In this document: piece by piece, positions 10,133 to 19,239 of the stretch
Numbering within the stretch: position 1 is the first letter of the stretch
Layout: the number at the start of each line of letters is the position of its first letter
From: Bacteroidales bacterium
Lineage (GTDB): Bacteria > Bacteroidota > Bacteroidia > Bacteroidales > WCHB1-69
DNA length: 64,000 nt
Reading direction: 5' to 3'
NCBI GenBank assembly: GCA_017544105.1
Contig: JAFYEU010000099.1
Span: 763-64,762 of the forward strand
The notes under the pieces: generated by a model
Databases searched by the model: none
Seen by the model: only the letters and a program-made list of their open reading frames with translations
Told to the model about the DNA's origin: nothing
Translations under genes and position numbers: made by a program

Positions 10133-12598
10133 CTATTCCTCTCCTCCATCTTCGTTCTCTCCGCTTCGTCCTTTCGACTCCAGCTCCATCTTGCCAAAGC
10201 GGAAGGTGATGCCTGCCGAGATGAAGCGGCTGTTACGCTTGGTGGTGGAGGTGGAGATGAGGTACGGGTTGTTATTCTGGCTGGTTGTCTTGTTCCAGTT
10301 GAAGATGTCTTTCACGTCCAGATGCACGGAGATCTTGCGGTCGAGGAAGCTGGCGCGGAGGCCGGCGTCGATGGAGTAGCGAGGCTTGGTGGTGGTGAAG
10401 AGCGAGATGCTCTTGGAGCGGTAGTTGGCGGAGGCGAAGACCTCCAGTACCTTCCACAGCTTGGCCCAGTAGTTGATGCGGAAGCTATAACCCAGGTTGG
10501 AGAACTCGCGCGGGTCGCTCTCGTTGCGGAAGCGGTAGAGCGAGTGGTCGTAGTAAACGTTGCCGTAGAAACGGATGCTCATGAAGGCCTTGAGCCGGTA
10601 GGTGACGTTGACTTCGGCGCCGGTGTTGAGCGACTTGCCCGCATTGACCGGCATGGAGAAGGAGACGATGCGTCCGAAGAAGTCGCTGTAGGCCACATCG
10701 CTGAGCGAGGAGATCTGCCTGTCGCTGTTTCGGAAGTAGGCGGTGACACCCACGGAGCCGAACTTCTTGAAGAACTTGGTCCAGCCAGCCTCCACCATGT
10801 TGGTGTAGGAGGGCAGCAGAAGCGGGTTGCCCGTGGAGTAGCTCTCTTCACCGTAGTTGATGAAGGTCGAGAGTTGCGAGGCCGAGGGCGTCCGCACACG
10901 CCGCGTGTAGCTGAGCTTCAGGTTGTGCATGCTCTTGGTGCGGTAGGTCAGGTGCAGGGAAGGGTATAGGTTCCAGTAGGTCTTGCTGACGTTGTCCTTG
11001 GGCGAGTTGAGCAGGTCGTAGCGGTAGTTGTTTAGCTCCGAGCGGAGGCCCGCCTTGATGGTGAAGCCGCCGAACTTATGCTGGATGGTCACGTACTGGC
11101 CGGAGCCGAAGTTCTGGTTGCGGGAATCGACAAAGCGGATGGAGTCCAATACAAACAGATCGTCAGTCAGATAGACGAGCGTGTCTTCACGAGAGGTGTT
11201 GCCGCCTCTTCCGTAGTTGCCGCTGATACCCATCGAGATTTCGCCGTTCTTGTGATAGGGGATGGTGTAGTCCACACTCGCATTGAAACTATAGTTGAAT
11301 AACTTGACAGTGTCAAAGCAGTACTTGTCCAGATAGTCTTGTGTGAGATAGTCGCGGAAGCTGTGCGATTTGGTGCTGCCGGCGTTGAAGTTAGTGTTCA
11401 GGCTGGCGTCTATCTGGTGCCCCTCCTGGTTGAACTTGTGGCGGAACCAGATGCCGCCGTAGCCGTTGGCGCTTAACGACCTGCTTTCCCCATCATAACC
11501 ATAGTCGAAAAGCTCTTCTTCGCGATCATCTTGGGGGTACATCTCATAGCGCATCTGATGAGCCGTGCTGAAGCTCCATCGCCGGTTGGGATGGGTGCCG
11601 AGCCAGAAACTCAGCGAGTTGGAACTGTCGATGGTGTAGGAACCGTTGAAATGGATGTTGCCATTGACGTTGCGGTTCCGGTTGAAGGTGGTGTCTATCT
11701 GGATGCTGGCCGTGTCAAGATCCTTGTTCAGGCGGGTCAGGTGGCTGTGACTATTGGTGCGGTTGGCAGCATAGCTGGCGTTGACGTAGAGGCTGAGGGA
11801 CAGCTTCTTGTTGGCCCAGACGTATGAAAACCAGGGTGACACGTTGGGGCGTGAGGAGCCGTTGATGCCGAAGCTGATGAACTGGTTCTTCTGGATGGCG
11901 GCAGTGGTGACGATATTGATGATGCCGCCGTCGGTGTTGGCGCCGTACTTGGCTGAGGGGTTGGTGATGACCTCAATGCGTTCGATGCTGTTGGCGGGCA
12001 TCTGCTGGATGATCTCCTTGAGGGTCTCCGCGGTGAGGTTAGAGGGCTTGTCGTTGAGCCATATCTCCACGGACGAGACGCCGCGCAGGGTGATGTTGCC
12101 CTCGATGTCGACCTCCACGCCGGGCGCATTCTGCAGCGCATCGGCGGCGGTGCCTGTCTGTACCATCGGGTCCTCCGACACGTTGTAGAGCGTCTTCTCG
12201 CCCTCCATCATGTAGACTGGCTTTTCGGCGGTAACACTCACTTCGCCTAGCATGGTGGCAGCCTTGTGTAGCCAGATGTTCCCAAGCTGGATGTTGCGCT
12301 CACTGCCTCCGACGGTCACCGGGACAGTCTTCAGCTCGTAGCCCACCAGCATGACTTTCAGAAAATAGTTGCCCGCGGGGATGTCCTCCAGCAGAAAACG
12401 GCCGTTGGTTTCGGAGTAGGTGACGGCCACATTGCGCAGGGTGGAGTCCGTGGTGGTGAGGCCTACCGTGGCGTAAAAGATCTTCTGCCCGTTGGCGGTG
12501 TCGCAGACCACTCCTTGCAGGCGGTAGTTCTGAGCCGACAAAGTCTGAAGGAGTCCTGCCAGCAGGGCGAATATAAGGTATATCCTAAATTTCTTCAT
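10133..12598 (-). CDS. Outer-membrane beta-barrel/TonB-dependent-receptor-like protein with N-terminal carboxypeptidase-regulatory-like domain
   Basis: Has a signal peptide. The N-terminus is CarbopepD_reg-like (YRLQGVVCD...GRFLLEDIPAGNYFLKVMLVGYE), followed by a plug-like region (ITLRGVSSVEIWLNDKP) and a long Tyr/Asn-rich beta-strand region. Confidence 0.75.
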   Translation of the reverse strand: MKKFRIYLIFALLAGLLQTLSAQNYRLQGVVCDTANGQKIFYATVGLTTTDSTLRNVAVTYSETNGRFLLEDIPAGNYFLKVMLVGYELKTVPVTVGGSERNIQLGNIWLHKAATMLGEVSVTAEKPVYMMEGEKTLYNVSEDPMVQTGTAADALQNAPGVEVDIEGNITLRGVSSVEIWLNDKPSNLTAETLKEIIQQMPANSIERIEVITNPSAKYGANTDGGIINIVTTAAIQKNQFISFGINGSSRPNVSPWFSYVWANKKLSLSLYVNASYAANRTNSHSHLTRLNKDLDTASIQIDTTFNRNRNVNGNIHFNGSYTIDSSNSLSFWLGTHPNRRWSFSTAHQMRYEMYPQDDREEELFDYGYDGESRSLSANGYGGIWFRHKFNQEGHQIDASLNTNFNAGSTKSHSFRDYLTQDYLDKYCFDTVKLFNYSFNASVDYTIPYHKNGEISMGISGNYGRGGNTSREDTLVYLTDDLFVLDSIRFVDSRNQNFGSGQYVTIQHKFGGFTIKAGLRSELNNYRYDLLNSPKDNVSKTYWNLYPSLHLTYRTKSMHNLKLSYTRRVRTPSASQLSTFINYGEESYSTGNPLLLPSYTNMVEAGWTKFFKKFGSVGVTAYFRNSDRQISSLSDVAYSDFFGRIVSFSMPVNAGKSLNTGAEVNVTYRLKAFMSIRFYGNVYYDHSLYRFRNESDPREFSNLGYSFRINYWAKLWKVLEVFASANYRSKSISLFTTTKPRYSIDAGLRASFLDRKISVHLDVKDIFNWNKTTSQNNNPYLISTSTTKRNSRFISAGITFRFGKMELESKGRSGENEDGGEE

Positions 12599-12620
12599 GA
12601 AGGTAGGGAATTAAAAAGCG

Positions 12621-12628
12621 CAAATGTA
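12621..12628 (-). promoter_or_regulatory. Bacteroidota -7 box (TAnnTTTG: tacatttg) for the 10133-12598 gene
   Basis: The reverse complement of caaatgta is tacatttg, located 23 nt upstream of the ATG at 12598. Confidence 0.55.
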
Positions 12629-12639
12629 TGATTTTTTTT

Positions 12640-12647
12640 TATTTTTG
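12640..12647 (+). promoter_or_regulatory. Bacteroidota -7 box (tatttttg) for tRNA-Leu
   Basis: TAnnTTTG match 20 nt upstream of the tRNA 5' end. Confidence 0.55.
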
Positions 12648-12667
12648 CGCCCTCATTTTTGCGGCTT

Positions 12668-12748
12668 GCGGATGTGGCGTAATGGTAGCCGCGCCAGACT
12701 TAGGATCTGGTGGCGAGAGCCGTGGGGGTTCGAGTCCCCCCATCCGCA
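12668..12748 (+). tRNA. tRNA-Leu: tRNA-Leu (anticodon UAG), class II with long variable arm
   Basis: Acceptor stem gcggatg/catccgc. Anticodon stem ccaga/tctgg with loop ct-tag-ga. Variable arm tggcgagagccgtg. T arm ggggg-ttcgagt-ccccc. Discriminator is A and no CCA is encoded. Confidence 0.9.
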
Positions 12749-12773
12749 CTTCACGTTCCCATAATCCAACATA

Positions 12774-13190
12774 ATGATGAAAATCAAATTTCTAATCGCC
12801 GCTCTTTTAGTGCTCCTGATATGTCAATCCAGTTGCACGAAACATAGAAAATGTGAATGTCTTACCCAATATACCAACGTCTCGGGTGTTTTGATTGCTT
12901 ATGAAGAGCCTCTAAGATTTGGTGTCAATGGGCAATATCCTGTTTATGGATGCATATTGCCTGGAAATCCTTCGCAAGAAGAAATTGAACATGCTTTGGA
13001 AGGGGTGTTGCCTTCTGGTGGAGAAGGAGTGTTGTACCCTAGTGGAATTAGTTATTTTCTCTTGGCAGGTCCATATCACAACTATAAAAGATATCACCTG
13101 CAATTGGTGAATGTCGCATTGGGAGAGAATTTACATAATTATTTCGATCAGCCTGCGACATACAATGTTTTCTGTATAGAGAAAGAATAG
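12774..13190 (+). CDS. Hypothetical lipoprotein
   Basis: Signal peptide with a Cys lipobox region (LLICQSSC). Visibly lower GC than its neighbours. No recognisable family. Confidence 0.5.
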   Translation: MMKIKFLIAALLVLLICQSSCTKHRKCECLTQYTNVSGVLIAYEEPLRFGVNGQYPVYGCILPGNPSQEEIEHALEGVLPSGGEGVLYPSGISYFLLAGPYHNYKRYHLQLVNVALGENLHNYFDQPATYNVFCIEKE

Positions 13191-13241
13191 GCCTCAACCC
13201 TGCTGTGAAGAATCCTATTATAGGGATTCCTTGGAGGTTGC

Positions 13242-13676
13242 TTAGATGTTGCTTACACTGGCAGGCTCGTCGAACCATTCGACAATGGTGGCGTTGGCCT
13301 TGGCGATAATCTCCGGCGTGATTTTGTCTCTCACCTTGCGGATGACCAACACGATGGCAGTGGCCTCGTCCATGACGCCTAACAGCTTGAAAACCCGCTG
13401 TGGAATCAGGTTGATAGGGGAGATGACGTAAAAGATGCAGCCGTAGATGAGCATCCGGTCACGGGTGGTCAGTGACGGATCTTTCAGGACATAGTAGAAT
13501 ATCAGAAGCGGCTTGGCGGCGATGCGGCCGGCTTTCTTGCCGTAAATCAGAATCTTGTCCTTCACCAACTGGTACATGCCTTCCCAGTCGATGTTTCTTA
13601 ACCGGTCAATCAGATGCTTGGGGTCTCTTCCCGTGAGAATGTACACGAAAATCAAAATCAGGGTTGCGGTAATCAT
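13242..13676 (-). CDS. YkvA/DUF1232 family membrane protein
   Basis: DUF1232-like core (YVISPINLIPQRVFKLLGVMDEATAIVLV) with flanking hydrophobic segments. Confidence 0.65.
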   Translation of the reverse strand: MITATLILIFVYILTGRDPKHLIDRLRNIDWEGMYQLVKDKILIYGKKAGRIAAKPLLIFYYVLKDPSLTTRDRMLIYGCIFYVISPINLIPQRVFKLLGVMDEATAIVLVIRKVRDKITPEIIAKANATIVEWFDEPASVSNI

Positions 13677-13823
13677 TTGCGTTCGTTTTTGAAAAAGAAT
13701 AAAGCCTATAGAGTGGCTGGAAAGGCGATAGTTTAAAGATACGTGAAATCATACAATTACTATGCCAACACCATGCATGAGGAGGTGAGTTTTTTCATTT
13801 TTGGTGCGTATCCGTAATTTATG

Positions 13824-13831
13824 TACCTTTG
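13824..13831 (+). promoter_or_regulatory. Bacteroidota -7 box (tacctttg) for the polysaccharide module
   Basis: TAnnTTTG match about 50 nt upstream of the flippase start. Confidence 0.5.
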
Positions 13832-13880
13832 CAGCGTTTTAAGATTTTGTCAGTGACAACGGATAGAAAGGGAAAAGACA

Positions 13881-15200
13881 TTGTTCAATAAGATCATCAA
13901 CACTTTCGGTACTAAGATAGCGGCGGCCATCCTCAACTTCGCGATTGCGGTGGTCATCTCGCAGATGCTGGGCGATGTGGGTAAGGGAGTGCAGTCTCTC
14001 ATGCTGACCACCATCTCCTTCATCCTGATCTTTGCGGAGATTGTCTGTGGCGAGAGTGTAGTCTTCTTGGCATCACGCCATCCCTTCTCCAAGATTTTTG
14101 TCCCGTCGGTGCTTTGGGCTCTTCTCATCTCCGTGGTGATGGGCTTCGGGGTGGCATTGTTCTCCCCAGGCGTCTCTCCTGATATGATCGCCCATATCGC
14201 GGTGCTCTCGTTCATCGCCTCTGCCAGCGCCATCAACTTCCGATTTCTGATTGGCAAGGAGGAGATCAAGAAGGCCAACTATAACACTTTGTTGCAGCCA
14301 GTTCTGATAGCGCTAACCGTCATCATCTACTATGTGGTGCTCAAGAAGAGCGACATCTATGGCTACGTGATAGGGCTCTACTTGGCTTACGGATGCTCTT
14401 TTTTGCTGGGAGTCTGGATGTTGCGAGATGAGTATAAGGCATTGCGTCTGTTTGCGCTGAAGGAATACAAGGCGGTACTCGCGGATCTCTTCAAGTATGG
14501 TTTCCTGAACCAGACGGGCCATTTTGTGCAGTTCTTCAACCTGCGTCTGAATTACTATCTGCTCTATGCCTACATGGACGAAGGCCGCGTGGGGGTCTAT
14601 TCCAATGCGGTCTCCTTGGCCGAGGCTATCTGGATCATCAGCAACAGTATCGCCTTGGTGCAGTACGCCCGGATTTCCAATGTGGATGACAGGGCTTATT
14701 CCCAAAGACTGACCTTGCAGCTGGGTAAGATATGCCTGTTGGTCTCTTCCTGCGCGGTGCTGGCACTGGCGCTGCTTCCTTCGGCATTCTATTGCTTTGT
14801 CTTTGGACCCGAGTTTGGAGAGATGTCAGGGCTGATACGCATCTTGGCTCCGGGGGTCTTGCTCTATTGCATCTTCTTGATCTTGGGGCACTACTACTCC
14901 GGCACGGGCCGCTATCAGATGAACACCTTCGCGGCTCTCTGTGGTCTGCTGATGACCTGCGTGCTGGGCTTCACGCTCATCCCGCGCTTTGATATCCGTG
15001 GGGCTGCCCTCACTGCCTCCGTGGCCTACTCGGTCAACGCGCTCTTCCTGCTCTTCATGTTTGTCAGAGAGTCCCGCTTCCGCTGCCGGGACTTCCTGCT
15101 GACCCGTCAGGAGTTGAAGGATTATCTGACAGAAGCGAAGAGACGCTTGGGCGCAGAAAAGAAAAAGGATTACGAACTACGGCAAGATGCCGAAAAATAA
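13881..15200 (+). CDS. Polysaccharide/oligosaccharide flippase (MOP/Wzx-like)
   Basis: 439 aa and polytopic, with a typical Wzx N-terminus (INTFGTKIAAAILNFAIAVVISQMLG). The start codon is TTG. Confidence 0.7.
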   Translation: MFNKIINTFGTKIAAAILNFAIAVVISQMLGDVGKGVQSLMLTTISFILIFAEIVCGESVVFLASRHPFSKIFVPSVLWALLISVVMGFGVALFSPGVSPDMIAHIAVLSFIASASAINFRFLIGKEEIKKANYNTLLQPVLIALTVIIYYVVLKKSDIYGYVIGLYLAYGCSFLLGVWMLRDEYKALRLFALKEYKAVLADLFKYGFLNQTGHFVQFFNLRLNYYLLYAYMDEGRVGVYSNAVSLAEAIWIISNSIALVQYARISNVDDRAYSQRLTLQLGKICLLVSSCAVLALALLPSAFYCFVFGPEFGEMSGLIRILAPGVLLYCIFLILGHYYSGTGRYQMNTFAALCGLLMTCVLGFTLIPRFDIRGAALTASVAYSVNALFLLFMFVRESRFRCRDFLLTRQELKDYLTEAKRRLGAEKKKDYELRQDAEK

Positions 15201-15206
15201 TAGCGT

Positions 15207-16025
15207 ATGAAATTATCATCCATAAAGAAAGGTTTTAAGGCGTTGGGGCTGGTCTGCCGGCATCCATATCTGCTGAATGCCGTCGTCAACGATGAGGGCG
15301 TGCGCCACGATGAGGTGGTGAAGCGATATGGGCTGCAGGACGGATTGCCCGTGGTGGAGATTCAGCAGTTGTTTCCAGACTTCTCCGAGAGGGTGTCCCC
15401 GTATGCCTATCTCTCCGGAGCGACCATGCCCATTGACCTGGCACTGCTTCGGATGCTGGCGCGGCGCCAAGGGGTGCGCGACTACTTCGAGATTGGCACG
15501 TGGCGCGGGGAAAGTGCCGCCAACATGGCCGCTGTGGCCGAACACTGCACCACCTTCAATCTGCCCAAAGAGAAGATCGTGGAACTGACCCATAACGAAC
15601 GCTACGCCGACCTCCATGGCTTCTTCTCCCAGAAGCTTCCGAATGTGACCCATCTTTATGGCGACTCGCAGACCTTTGATTTCACCCCCTATCACCAGGC
15701 TTTTGACATGGTCTTCATTGATGGGGACCATCATTACGAGGCAGTGAAGAGGGACACCGAGACCGCCTTTCAGCTGTTGCGCGATGATCATTCAGTGATT
15801 GTATGGCACGACTATGCGCTGGATCCTGAAACTGTCCGCTGGAACGTGCTGCTGGCTATTCTGGACGGCGCCCCCGCCGACAAGCGCAAAAATCTGTACC
15901 ATGTCTCCAACACGCTCTGTGCCGTCTATATCCCTGAAGATCTTCCGACGGGGCCGCTGACGCCATACGAGAAGCCTCAGAAATATTTTGAGGTGACCAT
16001 CGAATCGCATCCCTGCCAATCATAA
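15207..16025 (+). CDS. Class I SAM-dependent methyltransferase (Methyltransf_24/CmcI-like)
   Basis: SAM-binding loop FEIGTWRGESAANMA and the motif FIDGDHHYEAVKRD. Confidence 0.65.
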   Translation: MKLSSIKKGFKALGLVCRHPYLLNAVVNDEGVRHDEVVKRYGLQDGLPVVEIQQLFPDFSERVSPYAYLSGATMPIDLALLRMLARRQGVRDYFEIGTWRGESAANMAAVAEHCTTFNLPKEKIVELTHNERYADLHGFFSQKLPNVTHLYGDSQTFDFTPYHQAFDMVFIDGDHHYEAVKRDTETAFQLLRDDHSVIVWHDYALDPETVRWNVLLAILDGAPADKRKNLYHVSNTLCAVYIPEDLPTGPLTPYEKPQKYFEVTIESHPCQS

Positions 16026-16065
16026 CCAACCCAAGTCAAAGTTCAAATTATAGTTTTCTCTGCTC

Positions 16066-17223
16066 ATGAACATCCTGCATCTCTTAAGCTGGTTTCCAAC
16101 CCCTGACGATCCCACGCTGGGCAACTTCTGCATCCGCCAGATTGAGTCTTTGCCCGAGGAGTGCCATTCCGTCATTTTGTCGGTCTATGCCGACCCCAAG
16201 GCGGAGGAGACAAAGGTGGTGGAGATGAAGGCGGAGCGATACACCCATGTGCAGGTGCGTTTCCCGGCGCCTCGTTTTCCGATAGAGGCCGTGCGCAAGG
16301 GATGGCGCAAATGGCGTATTTACCGACTCTACCAACGCGGTCTGGACTATGTGCGTGAACACTATTTCGTTCCTGACCTCATCCATCTTCATGTGGCATA
16401 TCCTCTGGGCCGGATTGCGCTCCGCTGGCATCAGCGTTATCAGATTCCGTATCTGTTGACAGAGCATTGGACCATCTACCAGCCGCAAAACGATGCCCTG
16501 TTGCAAGGTCGTCTCCGAAGACGGGTGGTGCGTGTTGCCAATGCTGCAGGGGCTATCCTGCCGGTGAGCGACGACCTGCGCCGTAATATGGAGCGGGTGG
16601 GGGTGCACAATCAGTTCCAGGTTATCTACAATGTGGTGGACACTAGCCGATTTGTCTCCGCTTCTCCTTCCAGAACGGATGGCAAGAAGAGACTTCTCCA
16701 TATCTCCACCCTGCGTGACGAGGCCAAGAACTTCTCTGGCTTGCTGCGCGTGATGGAACGGATGAAGGAGGTGCGCCAGGATTTTGAACTCCATGTCATC
16801 CACGACTATCCTGCCCCTGTTTTTGAAGAATTTGTGCGCCAGCATGGCCTTTCCGACTATGTCATCTTCCATGGTCGTCAGACATCCGAGGGGGTGGCCC
16901 GCTTCTTTACGCAAAGCGACCTCTTTGTGATGTTTTCCAATTTTGAAAATCTCCCCTGTGTCATTGTGGAGTCGTTTGCCTCGGGAGTGCCGGTGCTTTC
17001 CACGGATGTGGGAGGCATAGCCGAAATCGTCAGTTCCGAGCGCGGCATGCTGGTCCATGCAGGTGATGAGGATGCCCTCCTGAGCCGACTGCTATATCTG
17101 TTGGATCATCTGGATGAATACGATACCGCAGCCATCCGGCAATATGCCGTTGACACCTTCAGTAAAGAGGAAATAGGAGGCCAGATATACCGGCAGTATC
17201 AAAAACTATTGAAAGTACTCTAG
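16066..17223 (+). CDS. Glycosyltransferase family 4
   Basis: GT-B fold C-terminal E-x7-E region (ENLPCVIVESFASGVPVLSTDVGGIAEIV). Length is 385 aa. Confidence 0.85.
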   Translation: MNILHLLSWFPTPDDPTLGNFCIRQIESLPEECHSVILSVYADPKAEETKVVEMKAERYTHVQVRFPAPRFPIEAVRKGWRKWRIYRLYQRGLDYVREHYFVPDLIHLHVAYPLGRIALRWHQRYQIPYLLTEHWTIYQPQNDALLQGRLRRRVVRVANAAGAILPVSDDLRRNMERVGVHNQFQVIYNVVDTSRFVSASPSRTDGKKRLLHISTLRDEAKNFSGLLRVMERMKEVRQDFELHVIHDYPAPVFEEFVRQHGLSDYVIFHGRQTSEGVARFFTQSDLFVMFSNFENLPCVIVESFASGVPVLSTDVGGIAEIVSSERGMLVHAGDEDALLSRLLYLLDHLDEYDTAAIRQYAVDTFSKEEIGGQIYRQYQKLLKVL

Positions 17224-17676
17224 TGAGATCCCAAAGTCGCTGATGCCTTTCACTTCGTCTTCCCGCATCCCTTGGGTGATGGAGAAGGTGTAAGTGCCGT
17301 TAAAGGGGAAACGGACTTTCGGTTGGAAGAGGAATTTGTTGTCCTTGATGCGGCCTTGTCCTTTGCCAGTCCATTTGCCGTAGGGGTTACAGAGGATGAA
17401 GCCCAGCGTGTCCTGCTCGGAATGGCCGTCAGGGTAGGTGGTGCGCATGAAGACGTAGAAGTTCTGTGTCTCAAAGTCGGTGGTGTTCCGAAGGTGTATG
17501 TACATGTTATAGTACTGCATGGAGTCTTCGATGTTCACCGTGAAGGAGAGGGGCTGGTCGATGGCCCATTTCTCACCAGGGATGGACTGTATGTCACTGT
17601 AGAAGACATTGCGCTGGCAGCCGACCATGAGAAGTAGAAAGCACAGCAGGGATAATATAAGATGGTTGATTCTCAT
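17206..17676 (-). CDS. gldH: Gliding-motility-associated lipoprotein GldH
   Basis: Lipobox LLMVGC, followed by the GldH signature stretch (IPGEKW...YNMYIHLRNT..F...N.YVF..T..PDG...D.L...L..P.GKW.GKG). It lies downstream of a PSP1 gene, as is typical in Bacteroidota. Confidence 0.8.
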   Translation of the reverse strand: MRINHLILSLLCFLLLMVGCQRNVFYSDIQSIPGEKWAIDQPLSFTVNIEDSMQYYNMYIHLRNTTDFETQNFYVFMRTTYPDGHSEQDTLGFILCNPYGKWTGKGQGRIKDNKFLFQPKVRFPFNGTYTFSITQGMREDEVKGISDFGISLEYFQ

Positions 17677-17680
17677 TGTG

Positions 17681-19108
17681 TTATGCGTCTGTAAGGCGTT
17701 TAAGCTCGTCCGCGTTGTAGTTGTTGCCTTCGTCGAACTTCTTCTGGTTCACAATGGCAAAGTCTTCCAACTTTTCCGGGATATTGCCTTTTTCGTTCAT
17801 CTCGATAATCTGTTTCACCTTGTCCAAGGGGATGGCGAAGATGTTGGAGGAGTCGTTGGCGTAGGTGTACCAGACAATCTTTTTGAAGATGTCGATCTTG
17901 TTATAGATGCCTTTGCCTTTTTTGGTCTTGAGTTGGACATTCGAAGAGGGGAAGTCACTCAGCTCTTTCTTGTAGGTCTCCTGTTCGAAGTTGAGGCAGC
18001 ATTTGAGTTTGCCGCACATGCCGGCGAGTTTCTGGGGGTTGAGCGAGAGCTGCTGGGTGCGGGCGGTGTAGGTGGAGACAGACTGGAAGTTGGAAAGCCA
18101 GGAGGAGCAGCAGAGCTCGCGGCCGCAGGAGCCGAGTCCGCCCAGACGGGCAGCCTCCTGACGAACGCCGATCTGGCGCATCTCGATGCGGATGTGGAAG
18201 TGCTCTGCCAAAATCTTGATCAGCTCACGGAAGTCCACCCGTTCTTCAGCGGAGTAGTAGAAGATGGCCTTGGTGCCATCTCCTTGATATTCCACATCGT
18301 TGACCTTCATTTTCAAATCCAGATCCCAAGCGGTATATCTGGACGACAGCATGGTGTCGTGCTCTTTCTGGACGGTGGCAATCCACTCTTCAATGTCTGC
18401 GTAACGGGCCAGCCGATATAGCTTCTTCGTCACGTCGGCAGGGTTGATGTGCTTGTGTTCCAGTTGGCGCTTGACTTGCAAACCCAGCATGGAAATGATG
18501 CCGATGTCGTGGCCGGTGTTGGCCTCGACAGCTACGATGTCCCCGACTTTGAAGACATGGTCGGGAGGAAGGAGGAAGAAGTCCTTGTGGCTGTTTTTGA
18601 AGCGCACCTCAGCGATGGGGAATTCCAGATAATCCAAGGAGATGTCGAGTTTTTCTATCCAGTCGTGGGAGGGCAGCTTGCAAGCGTTGTAGTTGTATTG
18701 ACGGCAGTAAGAAGACTCCGGATCCGGCAGGTCGCTCAGACCCCGGGTGAGGAAGATGTTGCTGGAGATCTTTTGAGACTCGGTGGACATGCCCGTGCGG
18801 ACGTCCATATCCAGATATTTCTCCCAGTCCTCTTCAGGGTTCTGGTAGGTGTCTTCAGCATCGACGACCTTGCCCGGCTTTTTGCTCTTGTAGGTCCTGG
18901 CGATCTGATCTGCTTCTTCGTTGTCGATTTCTTCTTCAGTGGCTTCTTCAACTGCAGTGGGTACCTCCTCGTCTTGGAGGCGGGGCGCTTCAGATGCCGG
19001 CTCTTTTACGGGAGCGGTGTCTTGTGCGGCGTCGGGCTGTGCAGGCTTGTTTTGGCCGTTCTGATTGTTATGGTTGTGACGATATCTTTTCTTGTTGTTA
19101 TTATTCAT
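17681..19108 (-). CDS. PSP1 C-terminal domain protein (RicT/YaaT-like)
   Basis: Cys-rich PSP1 motif GSCGRELCCSSWLSNF...CGKLKCCLNFE, preceded by a low-complexity acidic N-terminal region. Confidence 0.8.
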   Translation of the reverse strand: MNNNNKKRYRHNHNNQNGQNKPAQPDAAQDTAPVKEPASEAPRLQDEEVPTAVEEATEEEIDNEEADQIARTYKSKKPGKVVDAEDTYQNPEEDWEKYLDMDVRTGMSTESQKISSNIFLTRGLSDLPDPESSYCRQYNYNACKLPSHDWIEKLDISLDYLEFPIAEVRFKNSHKDFFLLPPDHVFKVGDIVAVEANTGHDIGIISMLGLQVKRQLEHKHINPADVTKKLYRLARYADIEEWIATVQKEHDTMLSSRYTAWDLDLKMKVNDVEYQGDGTKAIFYYSAEERVDFRELIKILAEHFHIRIEMRQIGVRQEAARLGGLGSCGRELCCSSWLSNFQSVSTYTARTQQLSLNPQKLAGMCGKLKCCLNFEQETYKKELSDFPSSNVQLKTKKGKGIYNKIDIFKKIVWYTYANDSSNIFAIPLDKVKQIIEMNEKGNIPEKLEDFAIVNQKKFDEGNNYNADELKRLTDA

Positions 19109-19131
19109 TCAAAAGGTTCTTTTTCGGGCTG

Positions 19132-19139
19132 CAAAAGTA
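19132..19139 (-). promoter_or_regulatory. Bacteroidota -7 box (tacttttg) for PSP1-gldH
   Basis: The reverse complement of caaaagta is tacttttg, located 24 nt upstream of the ATG at 19108. Confidence 0.55.
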
Positions 19140-19239
19140 CAAAAATATTGTGAGATGGGGCTGCCTCGCTGCCGGGAAATTTTACCTTCATACTGTCTGG
19201 CACTAAAGAGTCCCTGTTTTGGATTCCGGGCGGGTCGTT

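Noticed and set aside
17206-17223. Convergent 3'-end overlaps, GT4/gldH (18 nt) and O-antigen-ligase-like/tsaC (14 nt, 57201-57214), as possible antisense regulation.
   Set aside because: Short convergent overlaps are common in compact genomes, and no additional structure or motif was seen.
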